From assembly GCF_009914755.1 (NCBI RefSeq), contig NC_060936.1: 64,000 bases of DNA; one strand, 5' to 3'. Both the position numbers and the translations under genes were made by a program. Source of the DNA: the human T2T-CHM13v2.0 reference genome, Homo sapiens. The notes under the pieces are model-generated. The model was given only the letters and a program-made list of their open reading frames with translations. It was not told where the DNA came from and ran no database searches. Positions 1 to 16,269 of the stretch are shown piece by piece (positions within the stretch are counted from its first letter, which is position 1; every line of letters begins with the position of its first letter).

Positions 1-1593
1 CTTAGTTTTACATTTGAATTCAGAAAAGTTACATTGTACTTTACCAGCTTAGCTACTTATTCACTTATTCTTTATTTTTGGTCTTACTGATATTCTGCAG
101 TTACTTCTGGAATATGTAAAATGGCTTAAGTGAGAATGCTGAATTAGGTCCTCCTGAGTGATGAACAATTGACAAATTCATTAAATGTATTACTTAATCA
201 AGGGATTAGAGGTGAAATTGTAAGAACAGTTTCATGAGTCTGATGCAGCCGGAAAAGTATGAAATATAAAACTATTTGGGAAATGCAAACATCCTTCCTT
301 AGTAACAGGGTATAATGAGGAAAAAAACCTATTACTTTAGTATATACTTTTGGAAATGGAAGTATAAACAAAAATATAATATGTACATTGCTAATTGATT
401 TTCTCTAATAGGTTACTACCTATTTTGTCTTCAGTAGTAGAAAATCTATGCACTAGTCAAGCTATGTGTTTGCAATCTGTGTAGACACTAAGGACAATTT
501 TATTTATTGCTACATTATAAAGTTGAAATTATACATTAGAAAGTATGTGTTTTATTATTAAAATCTGGTTAAATGCAATAAAATCACATTCACTTTTAGA
601 AAGGTATAAATATCTGTTTGGAAATGAATAGTATTTTTAAAATTGGAATAATTGAGGTTTGTCTTCTATCTGTGGGCAGTAATTAGAGTTTCTGAACTGG
701 CTGAAATGATCAATTATGTGTCATATACCCTTTCAGGACCTTGTCTATTTTTTTTCTGAGTACTGAGGGTTATACAGTTACTGTCCAATTTAATTGTAGT
801 CTTGCAAATAATTGCTGACTAGATATTAACTTGTTTGCTCACCTATGGAAACTGCTATTTTACGATGGTTAAATTTTTTAAAAGTCTATTTTGCAATCTA
901 TTTACCTCCTGGAAGGAGCAGCCAGCTTTAGAAATGAAGTCAATATTCTTCAGTACAGACAAATTAACTAATGCACATTCAACTTCCAAATTGTCAACAC
1001 TGTGGCTTATTAAATTTATTTAAGCAGTAAGTTGACATAGTCGAGATTTTTCTTTAAGTCAACTCGGCTGAGGTTTAAAGAAAAAAAAATCTGGCAATGT
1101 GCTGTAGGTCAGCTCTAGAGAACGTTTACAGCTTTCAGGAGCTCCTGGGATGCTTGCTAAAAATGCATATGCCTGGGTTCCGTTCTAGGCCCATGGAATC
1201 AGAATCTTACAAAAGCTGTTGACATTGGGCAAGCTGATTGTTCTTTCCATTTATTTCTGAAAACAAAATCTAGAGTGTGGTTTTTATTATTCTGGATAAA
1301 AGACTGACAATTGTGGGTACAACAGGGAATATTCAAATATTTTTTCAAATATAAAAAATCTTTTAAAAATATACTTACATACGATTTTTGATATTATGTA
1401 TACCACAATTTTCTTCTAGTCCTCTAAACATCAAAATGGACTATATCCTTTTCAGAACCAACCCACTAAAAACAAACTACCATCAATATTGTAAGATTTG
1501 AAAGATAAAAGACCAGAGGAAAATACAATTAGAAAATGGGGTTAATAAAAACATAAACATGTGTACATCATTTCACATGTTTTTCATATTATC

Positions 1594-1962
1594 TGATATG
1601 GTTTGGCTCTGTGTCTCCACCCAAATTTCATCTCGAATTGTAATCGCCATGTGTCAAGGGAAGGACCTGGTGGGAGGTGATTGGATCATGGGGGTGGTTT
1701 CCCTCATGCTGTTCTTGAGACGGTGAGGGAGTTCTCTGGAGATCTGATGGTTTTAAAAGTGGCAGTTTCCCCCGTGCTCTCCTCTCTCTCTTCTGCCACC
1801 ATGTAAGACATGCCTTGTTTCCCCTTCACCTTCCACCATGATTGTAAGTTTCCTTAGGCCTCCCCAGCCATGTGGAACTGTGAATCAATTAAACCTCTTT
1901 TGTTTATAAATTACTCAGTCTCAGGTAGTATATTCATAGCAGTGTGAGAACGGACTAACACA
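1594..1962 (+). mobile_element. THE1 (probably THE1C/D) MaLR solo LTR
   Basis: Starts tgatatggtttggctctgtgtc and ends gtgagaacggactaacaca, with internal attaaacctctttt; about 370 bp. Confidence 0.88.
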
Positions 1963-3270
1963 TCTGTTTAATGGATCTTGATATTCCTATCCATTTTATA
2001 AACAAGAAAGTTGAGCACAAAAGTATTATAAACTCATCAAATTGCATACATTAAATGGGTATAGCTTTCTGTATGTCAGCTATACTTCAGTAAAGTGGTT
2101 TAAAAATTATAGAATATTACATGTCAGTCAGGTAAAAGTGCTGGGTATAATAGGACTTTATGTATCACTGACTGGTTAAAAAATGAACTTTTTCTGGTGA
2201 ATCAGGGCAAAAAGAATTCATTTAGATTGTTAGAACGGAAAAAATATCTGTTGCTGAATAATCTAACTTAACTGCCTATAAGTTTATATGAAAACATAAT
2301 AGACAAATCTACTCTTCACTGTGGCTCTTTCAAATGTTTGAGGGTATATGGAAAATTGGCCTCATTTCAGTCTTCTCAAATCGGTGTGCTAGATAATAGG
2401 GAGGCAGGAGGTGCTGGATTTGTCCCTCATGACTCAGGCAAATTCCTCAACAAAATGTTTTTAGATGTTTAACTTGTTTTCAGGGATCATCTTATTGGAC
2501 AATGCTCTCCACTGCATGCCAACTATGAACTGGAAAGATAAATAAATTGTTCCTATGGCATCATGATGGTAACCTGGTAGTGCTTTTTAAGCTTCAAAAC
2601 ATTATCACATATTTATATTGACTCCTCTCCTGGTTTATGGCTATAAACCAGTACATATATAGGAAGGTAAATCAGAATTTTTTTAAAAAGTAACCTTTAG
2701 AAAAAAATTTGAAAGAGCCACTTAATGAGTTAAATATATGTAGATAAGTTTAACAGCAAGGACATATTAAACCAAAAACTATAAGACTGTTCTTAAAACA
2801 ACTGTCTCTTTGCTATGATGGTTTTTTTAAATCCCCCTCATTTTACTTATATGCTATTCTAAAGGTACACATAATTTTTGATATTATAAATAAAATACAA
2901 TGATTTCAGTACCTAAGAAAATATACCCCTATTTTGTCTCCCACACTGTAGAGAATCTTTAAATGTAAAGGGAAATATTAGTTGGCTGAAAGCAAAAGCA
3001 GCCCTTGTCATGTGAAGCCTGGGTCAAGAGGTGGGGTGACTGGTTGCTTCTCAAAGAGGAAATAAAGAACTCCACCACCTGTGTGGTTTCCCAAAGAAAA
3101 AAGATTACAAATGATAATAATTCACGCTTTTCCTAGGAAATTCTAAAAATAACATAATTTGTCCTAAATGTCAGGCTTTGCTTAAAAAAAAAAATCAAAG
3201 GAAGAGGCATAAGAAGCAGCAGCATTGTGTACTTTTTCAGCAGTGATTGTCCACATAGAGATGTACTCAC

Positions 3271-3435
3271 CAGGAAGCTATAGAAGAATTCATGGACAAA
3301 AAGGCCCAGCATGCAAACCAGGACATACGCCACGTGATAGAGAAAGGCCATATCCAGGATGACTGCTCGGTACCCACGGGTGAACGTGCCACGATTTCCA
3401 ACAAAACTCACCAGAAAAACAATTTTATTACAAAG
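3271..3435 (-). CDS. ITPR2: ITPR2 internal exon (165 nt, phase 0-0), membrane helices: [55 protein letters not shown]
   Basis: Acceptor ctttcctccctttag|CTT and donor CTG|gtgagt. Contains IP3R motifs SFVGNRGTF and [10 protein letters not shown]. Overlaps ORF 3133..3411. Confidence 0.97.
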
Positions 3436-3485
3436 CTAAAGGGAGGAAAGGGTTACAGATTACTGTCTTATTTATCCTGAAACCC

Positions 3486-3609
3486 ACATGGATGAAAACT
3501 ACTATTCATAGTCCATGACTTTTTGACATGGATGAAACAATTATTCATTAAAATCTATGACTTTTTGACATGGATGAAAACTATTATTCATAAAGTTCAT
3601 GACTTTTTT
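3486..3609. repeat. Minisatellite, 3 copies of a ~40-43-bp unit (ACATGGATGAAAACTATTATTCATAAAGTCCATGACTTTTTG)
   Basis: Three recurrences of acatggatgaaa...ttcat...atgactttt; also seen as a repeated TWMK in ORF 3523..3780. Confidence 0.9.
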
Positions 3610-6239
3610 CATAATTTCTCATTTTGTAGGTCTTCAGCATTGCTTACAAACTGGCACGTAAACATAATACATGCAAAACTTGCATCCTTTGCAGTTCCAG
3701 GAAGAGAGAGAATGGTAAGAGACTATGCAATCAAGACAGGTCTGGATTTAAATCTTGGCTCTTCCATTACTGTTGTGTGACCTAGTTCATGCAGCTGAGG
3801 CCCTTGATGGTTTATTCTGAAAAACTGGAATAAAAGAATTTCCATCTCATAGAACCCCTCAGAGGATTAAATGATATAATACATATGAAGTCCTTAATAC
3901 AATGACTCCTAAAAATATTACTTTTATTATATTTTTTATAGTAAATATGTAAAATGTTTTTATTATGCTGTAAATATAACAGAAAATATCTTTTCAGGAA
4001 ATGTCCAGAGATCTGTTCTTGATTTTGTGTTTTTATCATGGACTTTGTCTACTGAGTACTATTTTAAACAAGTAAGTGATTAAAATTATTTTTGCATTTA
4101 ATTTATTTTATATACATAGAAAATATAAATGTACTTATATACCTGAGTTAAAATAAATATAATGTATGTATGTATTTTCTAAGCCCTATGTGTGATAATA
4201 ATTCAGTAAACATTTTGGAGTGTTTATTATGCTTCTGACTATGTACAGTATTTATATTCAACCCACATTTCATACTGCCTTTTGTGGCATAATTTTGGAA
4301 TGTAGAAATTTATACTGAGATCCTTTGGCAATAATAACGATGTGTGTGCACTGATTTATAAACTTAGCACCATCTATTTAGTTCTAGAATCACTGCAGTA
4401 ATTACAAACCAAAGAGCCAATTTTGTGTCTTAGTCATCAAGGAAAGAATTACAGATTTCAAGGGTTTACAGTTTGCTCTTCCTAATTGTTCCGAGTTCTT
4501 TAGGTTATCTACTGGAACCATATTTGTCCTTAAATGTCCAATCTTAACTTTGTAAAAACAGGTTGCTCTTTGCAACATTGTTGATTTGTTCAATATATAT
4601 TAACAAATTATTGAATGATTTTTAAATAACATAAGAAGGACCATAACACTTTGAAGTAGATGTAAAATTGGAGGGATTGGAAAACCTTTTCCTTTCCATT
4701 TCTGAAGTTCAAATCAATACAGATGAAGTGAGAAATGGGTTACTATTACATGTTTTGAAGAGCCAACCAAATTAACAACATAGCAACTAAAAAGGCCAAA
4801 CCTTTCCTAAATTTCTCCCCTGCTGATTAAGTATCCTCTCAATAATCAATGTTATCACTTCATTCATGTCTTATTTCACTGTTTAGTGTTTCATCATCAA
4901 TATCTTATGCTATTATTAAGTATAGCTGTAGCATAATGAATGTATTTATATTTTCTGCCCAAGAGCAGGTTTAATATTGTAAGAAATTATTATTTAAAAA
5001 CCCAGGAAATATATAAGAATACTAATCTATATGACATATTTAACAATAAACACCCCTAAAAATGGTGAAAAAGAGAGTGTCCAGAAGTCATATTCACTAA
5101 TTATTTAAATTGTTTTGAATGCCATTATTTAAATGTGTACTATTTACCTTGATTCATCCACCAGAGTTCATCAATATGAATTAGAAATAAGTTGTATAAA
5201 AATAAAATAAATAATTGGAGTCGTGAGTTTTCAGAAAGACGAATGATATGTTTAAGACACATTGTTTATATGATTTCTAATTCTCCAAATGAAATCATAA
5301 AAATTACGCAGAAAAACTATTTATAAGCTCCATATACTGAGGAAAAAAAATACACTGAATTTAAATTCTCAAAAAGAATAATACATTTAATTTCTCAAAT
5401 AATGCAAAAACAAGGCCACATTTCTTCCTAAAAGAGACTCCGCCATTTTCACTTGAAAAATAAAGATTTGCCTTCTTTGTTTTCAGGTTTTGGTTTTTGT
5501 TTCATTTTTGAACCTTGATCTAGAGCTTGATGAATAGATTCCTGTTCTCTTCACTAAGTCTTGACGTGGAGTGGAGTTGATAACTGACAGTGGCGTCTAC
5601 CTATTTCTGTTGAGATAAAAAACAGGGAACTTGGTGTGCTTTTGTTTTAAAGTGTTCATATGAAGGGGAAATATGTGCAAGAATAAATGATTCGGGTGGG
5701 AAAGAAGTTGAGCTGTGAATTCTCCTTTCTTCATGAAACTTACAAATTGTTTTCATATAGCATTTTCCATGAAAGTTTGGAATATTTATGCCAAGAATGA
5801 GCAAGTTGCTAAAACAGTCTCCCTTTTCATGTCATAAAAAAGTTGACATCGTCTAACCAGTCCTTCATTTGTCAGTGCCATTATAGCAAGGGTCCATGTG
5901 GGTGACAAAAAGTGGATGGTGTGCCCAGGAAACTGGGCAAGATGGTCACAAGGCTCTTCTGAGCTGGTGCTAAGGGGTTCCTCAAGTCAACACACAAATT
6001 TCAATTTCAAGGACCATAACTGTCCTATATATTTTTTTCTTACTCTGTCTATTATTCAAAGCCATCCCTGATACAGTTTTTGTTGGGGATGAGGTGAACT
6101 GTGTGACAGTGGGGAAAGGGATGGAATTGAAACAGCATCAGTGCAAGCTTTGGGACAGTCTTTAAAAAATGATAATACACCATCCAAATGATTTACCAAT
6201 AGGTCTTCTAAAAAAAAAAGCAAAATTAATGTTTGTTTG

Positions 6240-6620
6240 TTAATTAGTGTATACTAAAGTTCATTACATTTACTTAAGTTTATTTAATTAAATTATCTAT
6301 TTGCTAATTATTTATGAAATTATTACTAATTACTAAATAACTAAATTATTTACTAATTATTTACTAAATGATTAATTAATATATTTAATTTATTAGTTAA
6401 TAATTTAGTAAATAACTAGTAAATAATTTAACTAATTAGTTAAACTATGAAGTATATATGAAAATACTACTTAATTATTTAACCAATAATTATTATTGAA
6501 TTATTGAATAATTATTATTGAATAATAATAATACTTTATTGAATAATTTAACTATTTAATTAGATAATTAGTTAAATAAGTTATTTAAGAAAGTAGTGTT
6601 TTCATATATACTTTATAGTT
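6240..6620. repeat. Extremely AT-rich low-complexity tract ending in a 30-bp inverted repeat (6443-6472 / 6591-6620)
   Basis: aactatgaagtatatatgaaaatactactt versus the reverse complement aactataaagtatatatgaaaacactactt, 28/30 identical. Confidence 0.85.
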
Positions 6621-8772
6621 ATTGATCTGTCTTTGCAGGACGTTTAACAGTACAGTGTAGCAGAAAGACACTGAATTAGAAGGCGGGTCATCTGGTTTCA
6701 ATCTTGGCTATGCTACTAATTTCTTGCTTTGGTAAACCCTCCTGGTGTCTACAGGACTTTGTTTTCTCACATATAAAATGAAATGCCTAGAAGTGAACAA
6801 TCCTTAAGCTCCCTCATAGCTGTAGAATTCTGTGTGATACCTTTAAATGTTACAATTTTATTTGATCACAGACATTTATAGCTGCTTTATCTTTGTCTTT
6901 ACATTATTCATTTCATCTTATTTGGTACTCTGTTCCTGATCAAGAATTCTATCCCCATCTTACATTGTTCCTATGGGAAAACATGACCTATTTTACAGGA
7001 ATAAATTGTATAAAGAAAAAAAGACTGTCTACTTATTTATTGAAAAGTAAAATGGAATTTGTGATTTTCAACTCCATTACCATATTTTCATCAACCATGT
7101 AAGTTAAACTTCTTACTAAACATGAGATGGTTTGATTCAAAAATCTCCATTTCAGGGGCATTACATCTACAGCAGGACAAGGTTCTAAGATCAATGTGTA
7201 AGGCAAAATTTGCATGCAGTCAAAATCACCCTGGAAATCTCTTAAATTGCTGACAAAACAGAACAGTAAGCACAGGTCATGTAAATGGTAGTGTCTCTTA
7301 CTAAATTCATCTCATCATACTTTAACCCCAGCGTTGGAGCAGTTTTCTCTTTCTGCAACTAGAAGTAGTTAGGAGCATTCAGTGACCACATTATATGAAA
7401 AAGGGTAGGTCTGTGTGTGTGGAGAGAGAGAGAGAGAAAATGAAAGTTGTTTACTCCAAATATATCACTGAATTTGTGTATGTTAAATGAACATATGGTG
7501 GAACTCGACCTTACGAATTAGCAGTAACATAAGACCTCCCAGAAAGCTATCTACAAGTAAGTAACTAGGGACATTACCCTATTAAATTTGAACACAGTGG
7601 CTCATTGTTAGTAGACTAGCTATCTGCTAAACTCCATTTGCTCCTTCTCTCTGCAAATGGTGAGACCAAGTTATTAAATGAATTACACATTTCCAGGTAC
7701 TATTAGAAAGGAAAAATCATTGTAGGTAAGAAGTTTAAAAGATCTTTTTGTAATATTTTACTACATTGTTATTTATTTAAAAATCTGAACAACAAAAGTT
7801 AATGGAGTGGTTATAACGCCCATATGACTGGAAATAATACAGTTATTAAAATGAGGTTTACAAATAATTTTAATGGTATGAAAGAATATTAAGTGACCCC
7901 AAATTTATAAAATATGTGCTTATATTTGTCAGAATAATATATTAATTTCTATTACCAATGCAAACTAACAGTGCATTGCAGAGGGAAGAAAACTAGACTG
8001 GGTTATAAGATGTGCTTTATAATGAGAAAAAAACACTTGAATTTTTTGAAATATCTCAAATATTGCGATCACTTCTGTGACAAGGCAAACTAGTTGAAAT
8101 CTAGACCAACTCCTAGTTTTAGAAATGAATAAAGACAATAAAAAAGAAGCACCATAGTAAACAGAAACCAGTACTAAGTTGTTATAACACAGGTTGAGGC
8201 TGTTCCTCCCACTTGATTCCTTTTCCAAAAATAAGACTTTCTGCAGTGGCTTAACATTGTGAAAAACAGAGTCCAGAAACAACTCCCCAAGAACCAAAAC
8301 ACAAATATTTTTACAACCATAAAAAGAATGTTTTACAATTAAAGGGTGCTTCATGTATTATTACAGATAGTTGGTAAACAGCTGCCATTGTTACTATCCT
8401 ATCATTATCACCATTATTAATCTTTTCTAAATCTTTTCAACTATCCTAGCGAAGACAGATCAGGCTTTAGTATCTTCCTTTCACTAATGAGAAGAATGAA
8501 ATTCAAAGTCTTGTTGATTTGCCTAAAGTGTAGAACTCTGATGGTCATTAAGGCAAAATTGTCAGGTAGATGTCTTCTTTTGTTTTTCTTATTTCTGATA
8601 CCTATAGTTTTAGCACTTATAGTTTCACCTCTTACACAATGCAAACTTTTAAGTGTAAATTAAGTTAATAAATGTACTAAAACTTAAGGTACAAGATATG
8701 ACTAATTGATATTTTCATGTATTTATTTCCTACCTCCTGGGTAATGATAAACCATAGATAGCTTTGTAGTGA

Positions 8773-9278
<506 letters not shown>

Positions 9279-9326
9279 AGTGAACTTGTTATGTTAAAAA
9301 TGAAGGTAGATGATATTCGCTAAAAT

Positions 9327-9460
9327 ATTTTTTTTTATTTTTTGTAGAGATGAGGTCTCACTATGTTGACCAGACTGGCCTCGAACTCCTGTCCTCAAGC
9401 AATCATCCTGCCTCAGCCTCCCAAAGTATTGGGATTACAGGCATGACATAGCATCCAACC
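9327..9460 (-). mobile_element. Free left Alu monomer (FLAM-like)
   Basis: tttgtagagatgaggtctcactatgttg...cctcaagcaatc...cccaaagtattgggattacaggc with no right arm. Confidence 0.8.
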
Positions 9461-9605
9461 TAAAACATGTTTATTAATCCACATATTATTAAAATTATAG
9501 ATAAAATTTTTTGTCAATATCTACAATATCAAAATGACAATTATTCCACTGAATGTGTTTGTCCCAAATTAAAGTTGATTTTTTTTTGGTCAAAATGCTC
9601 TGAGC

Positions 9606-10023
<418 letters not shown>

Positions 10024-12131
10024 CTACATGTATATTCTTTCTCATAAAGAAAGTGAAATATAAAACTTGCCTCTTCTATGAAGAGTCATTTGCTATAGTG
10101 GAATTATTTTCACCAAACCAGGCAAAAGCTATCTTCTTATCCTCTCCCATGAGGGGAAAAAATGCTCCAAATGTCTTTGGTTTCCCCCAGTAGACATTAG
10201 AATGTTATTCCTTATCTCTTTATATATTCTTGGTCCAAAAACAAAGGAAATGCAAATCGGTGAGTGTGACACATCAGCTTCTGGATGGCAAGAACCATTT
10301 CCTTTATCGTCTTGGTATTTTTAGTGTCTATTATATAACAGAGGCCCAGTAAATGATTATTATTTTTGGCCCATCTCTAGCTATTATTTCACTTTGTCAG
10401 ACTTGGATTTTTTTTTCACTTGGATTCATGTCTTCTTGAGGGCCAGTTACCAGTTTATAAATATTATTTGCTTCTTCAAATAATATAGTTCAATATGCAA
10501 TTTATGTTTTTAAAGAAAAAAAGTCAAACACATAGGCTTAGAAAAATTTAGACAAATTCATGAAGATTTTCTAATTTGCTTGGTTGGTAATACTGTAAAA
10601 TCAGCTTATTTCCAAGGCATTGAAAGTACACATTCAGTTCATGTAAACATTTTCTGAATGTTTCAATGCCAGCTGTTAAAGTAGAGAAACATGGAGCTGG
10701 GAAGGAGTGAGGCAGGTAGGGCTAAATTTATAAATGTGACAACTTCTGCCCTCAAGAAACTTACAGAATAATATATTTGGTATTTTACAAAATTCTTTAC
10801 TGATAGACTTCTTTGTAGGTATAGTACACTTCCCTTTATTGACAATGATTGAGGATAATTGGTAATTTGGTTGCCTGAATGTTCTAGCTAATTGGGAGCT
10901 GTCAAATACATCATGTCTAATTTTCGAAGAATTGTAATAAAATAGAGGTCAGAAACACAGAAATACAGAATTGGCCATATTAGCTCAGCTTTATAATTCT
11001 TGAAAGTTTGGTTGACTATTTTATTAATTCATTTTAATAAATAAATAAAATAAATACATTTTATTTATTAAGTAAATATTTGTTAAATATTAGTTATTAT
11101 TACATATTTGCTAAATATTAAATATTTATTACTAAATAAATATTTGCTATATATTTTATGTGCAAGCCCCTGTAAATATATAAGAATACAAAGATAATTG
11201 TTCACTCATTCATTCACTCACTTATTAATTTATTTATTTAGGAAATATTTACTGAGTACCTATAATGTTCTTGATACTGAATGATCAATCCTTAAGCATA
11301 GTAAAATGTAGTAGGGGAGACTAGTCCTAATTACAGATACCAGAATGTAGGACATTATGTTAGAAACCCAGGAAAAGATCGAAAGTGTCTAGGTATTCAA
11401 CACATAGATCAGCAATACTTATTTTCTTACCTGGCCATTTGTTATTTCATTAGCCTGATGGTTTTACCTTTTAATATCTCTGTATGGCTGTGCCATGCAT
11501 AACGTTGGCTAGTCCCTTTAAAATTGTATTTCTCGGGTAAAATTATTTCTATAAATGTATCACTTGCTTTTTGAAATACTACTACTCTGTGCTTCCTTAT
11601 TCTAATATTTCAAAATTCGGTCAAAAAATTAATCCTATCTATGACTTTCATCAGTTTATAAAATTTGTTCACATAAAAAGAACCCAATTTAATATTTTCT
11701 CATATAGAAATCCTTTTTCTTAGGTCATTTGATGAAAGGTGCCCACTTTCAAAATTCTATTGAACATAATTTAATCTTTTTTGGATGATTTACGATGTCA
11801 CTTTGGAATATTAACAATGGCTCAGTCATTTTTGTCAATAGCTGTGGGTATAGGATGCAGAATGCATTAAAATTGGATTGGATTAAATTGATGGCAGAAC
11901 TGGGTCATTCCCCAAATGTTACTTCTTAAATATAGCAATCTTTTACCTATCATTTTTTCTTTCACTCAAAATTAAATTAAAAAAGTACAAATTATGCTCT
12001 GGTTAATTTAGATTTATAATAAATTAGAATTCACCATGCATACATGAATTAAAAGCTTATAGTTATATTTTTATATTTCATACACTTTTAAACTAATTCT
12101 GTAACAGTACAAAGCTAAGTAAAGTACTTAC

Positions 12132-12307
12132 ATTAGCTGCACCAAGAAGTATTAATGTAGGCCCAAGACCTATTGTATATATTGATCTGAGCATTATTGA
12201 TACAAGAAACGGCCGAATACCCACAGGCTTGGAGAAGAAAAACAGCATAGATGTGCAGATCGCAACTGCTATCCAAAGAAGAACCGAGAACAATGGAGAA
12301 AGTGTAC
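12132..12307 (-). CDS. ITPR2: ITPR2 internal exon (176 nt, phase 1-0), membrane helices: (G)TLSPLFSVLLWIAVAICTSMLFFFSKPVGIRPFLVSIMLRSIYTIGLGPTLILLGAAN
   Basis: Acceptor cacattttacag|GT and donor AAT|gtaagt. Overlaps ORF 12093..12293. Contains the IP3R-type GLxPTLxLLG motif. Confidence 0.96.
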
Positions 12308-14483
12308 CTGTAAAATGTGGAAGAAATTTATTGCTACTAAGAATAAAACTAAAAAATGCTAAAATATTTGCTGCTCTACTTTATATGGTATCATTAAGTC
12401 AAAGCCATAATCCAGTAAATTTCAAAATGACCCCATCTACGTTCTTTATATTTCAAGGAAATGTCTTTGAAAGCATTACTCATTATTACATTTCCAGAAA
12501 ATTTGTGATTACTTTCAAGCTACTTAAATACTCACTAGTTAATGTTCCTTTTATTAAGTCTGACAATTGTTCATCTTTCTGTCATATGAGGATGATTTGC
12601 TAAATACTTTTGATAGACATCTCTCTCGGGAACCTTAATCCAAAATTTATGATTAATGACCATTAGATATATAGCTAAATCATTAAAAAATTGAATTCAT
12701 ACCTTGTCTTGTCCTATCAGTATCAAGTTTCCATAGTCTAGATTCCTCTGAAGAATCTAGTAGAATAACCTTTATAAAATAGACACATGCTTTAACTGCT
12801 AAATACACATACATAGATATGTGTATGAGTACGTGCATGAGTGTGTGTATTTGAAGGCCAACTCTACTGCTAAATAAAATTTTTAGCTATTTACTCATCA
12901 GAAAATTCACATTCCAAATGTCTTAAAAAACGAACTCTGTTACACATAAGATTTCTTAGGAACTCCCCAAAAGAGAGGTTCAAAAATATTTTTTCTTTAA
13001 TAAGTAGTACAATTCATTGACATTTGCACTGACATGTGCATTCAAGGAATCTTTCCCTGAAGGTCATGTGGTGCTGCATTTGCAGAAGTAAATTAAGAGG
13101 CAACATTCTTGGGCTGATTGGATCAGCTCTGGGGCCTCAAATGCATGTCTATAGGCTGACATAGAAAGGAAACAACAAAATGGAGACTTTCCACTGGTAA
13201 ATATTCAATAACAGTCTTAATCTTTTGGCCACACCTCTTATCTTTATTTATAAAATTTGCTACCGCATGCAAAACACCTCAAGGGCTTGATATGCATAGC
13301 TTTTGTACTGTCATCAAAACCCTGGGATTATCTGACTCCTTTAATGAATTCTGTATAAACTCTTAGTTCATAGTGTGTGCTAACATCTCAGAAATAGGCA
13401 GGAAGATCCTGTCAACTGTTAAAAGACAAACAAAAAATCAGATAATGAACAGCATTCATTTAGACATGTTTACTTTTGCAAGGTTTGTTCTTATCATGCT
13501 GTCTCTGAAAGCAAACAATGATGAAAGGAGCTTGGGAAGACAGATGTGATATTCTCCCTCACCAAATTTATAATCTGATAAGATTAATTTGGAGATGGGG
13601 AAAGAAAAAGGGTAAACTGCTCTGAAAGTTACCTTCAATTCTTGTCCTCTGGCAATGCTAACATACAGGTACCCTACTCGTGTTTATGATGATGTTGGCT
13701 TGTAAGCACTCCACATCTACCAAAATACAGGCTGACCACCAACTGCCCTGACCTCACAGATCTCAAAGAGCCATAGAGTAAATAATGTCTTCAATTTTCT
13801 CTCTTTCTTACTGGGACTTGAGACTCCACCAGGATGTACAATCTAAAAGGATGAGGGCCATCTCCAGACCTATCGCCATGCCTGTTACACAACAACAAAT
13901 AAAAATTTGTTGATTGAGTAAATAAACAAAAATATATTCTGTGAGTTTGTTTTGAATAAATAACTAAGTCTCCAGTTATCAACTCCCCAAGTCATACAGC
14001 TTAGCTTTTAAGTTCACTAAAACTGACAATATCTTCAAGGCACATTTACAGCTGTCAGCCAGTTATTTGACTTTTCAGCATAATTCATAAGCAATGTCTT
14101 GGTGACACTCTTATTCTAGAATAATTTGGCATAGATAGTCACATTGTGCATTGTCACTAATTTCTGATAAACTATTCACCTCTTCACTATTCTTTCCAAG
14201 ACCATATCTGGTTTGCTGAGATATCCCCTTGATCAAACAGAAATTATAGTCAGGCACTTAAAATTGGGTGTTTGATCCCTTTGTGAAAAGAACTCAAAGA
14301 GTGTCTAGTATAGTAGCTTGCACATAGGTTCATACTAAATATATATTTGTGGAATAAACTCAAAAGTTATTTAAAACAGCTATTGCCAATGTTTATAATT
14401 AACTTCTCTAAGAATGATCATATTGGTTTCTATCTGAAGATTCAATGCTAAAAAAGAACTGAAGTCTCTCTGACAAACTCTAG

Positions 14484-15514
<1,031 letters not shown>

Positions 15515-16269
15515 ACTAACTAGTCTGCCTTTGCCAAATGAAATCCTGGGTAGGGATATCTGGCGTGGCAGCTGTCAGCTTCTGAGTGGACTTCCAGGCT
15601 ATTCCCAGCATCAGCAGCTGCTGCTTCAGCCACAACCAGTGTAGCCTCATTCCTCAACATTGGCATGTTTCTTTTTTAGAGAAGCATACCTTAAACAAAC
15701 AAACAGCCACAAAAACCAATCAGCCAAACAAAGAAACCCAACCAAAACGTTTAGCCATAAAACATCAGCCCTGTACTCCTGAACAAATTGAAACCAAACT
15801 CTTCAAAGCCTGGCAATTAAAGGAGATTCTCTATCTGCAGTAGAGGGTGAAGAGTGCCCAACAGGCTGGTCCTCTGAGAATTCCCTCTCCCTTAAATGTC
15901 TCCATTTAGTCATTGTACCCCACTACCTGGTTGAAGAGGGCAACTACTCTCTCAGTTAATATCATAACCCAAGTGTGAACCAAATATTTGAGCACAAGAA
16001 ACTCCTAGTAGTCCAGGTGTTCAGACTGGGAAATATAATTGGAGGAAGCATACACGGCTCATTCCCTCTGCCAGTCCCTCTGTTCTCACCACCACATTGG
16101 TACCAGCATGTATTAGGATCTGGGGTTGGAAGGTGGCATATTTTAACCAGAGCTCTTTTTGTGGTCCAAGACTTACCAGGTGATTTCATAATCAGCTTCT
16201 ATACCGAGTCAAGGAACTTCAGGGTTGGACAGACTCCTTACATTTATTATTTTTTTTCTTTTTAACTTT

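Noticed and set aside
3486-3609. Repeats with palindromic units resembling a CRISPR array
   Set aside because: No unique spacers, no cas genes and a human intronic context; it is a minisatellite.
11020-11160. AT-rich tract with a 12-bp stem (aataaataaaat/attttatttatt)
   Set aside because: Expected by chance in low-complexity AT sequence.
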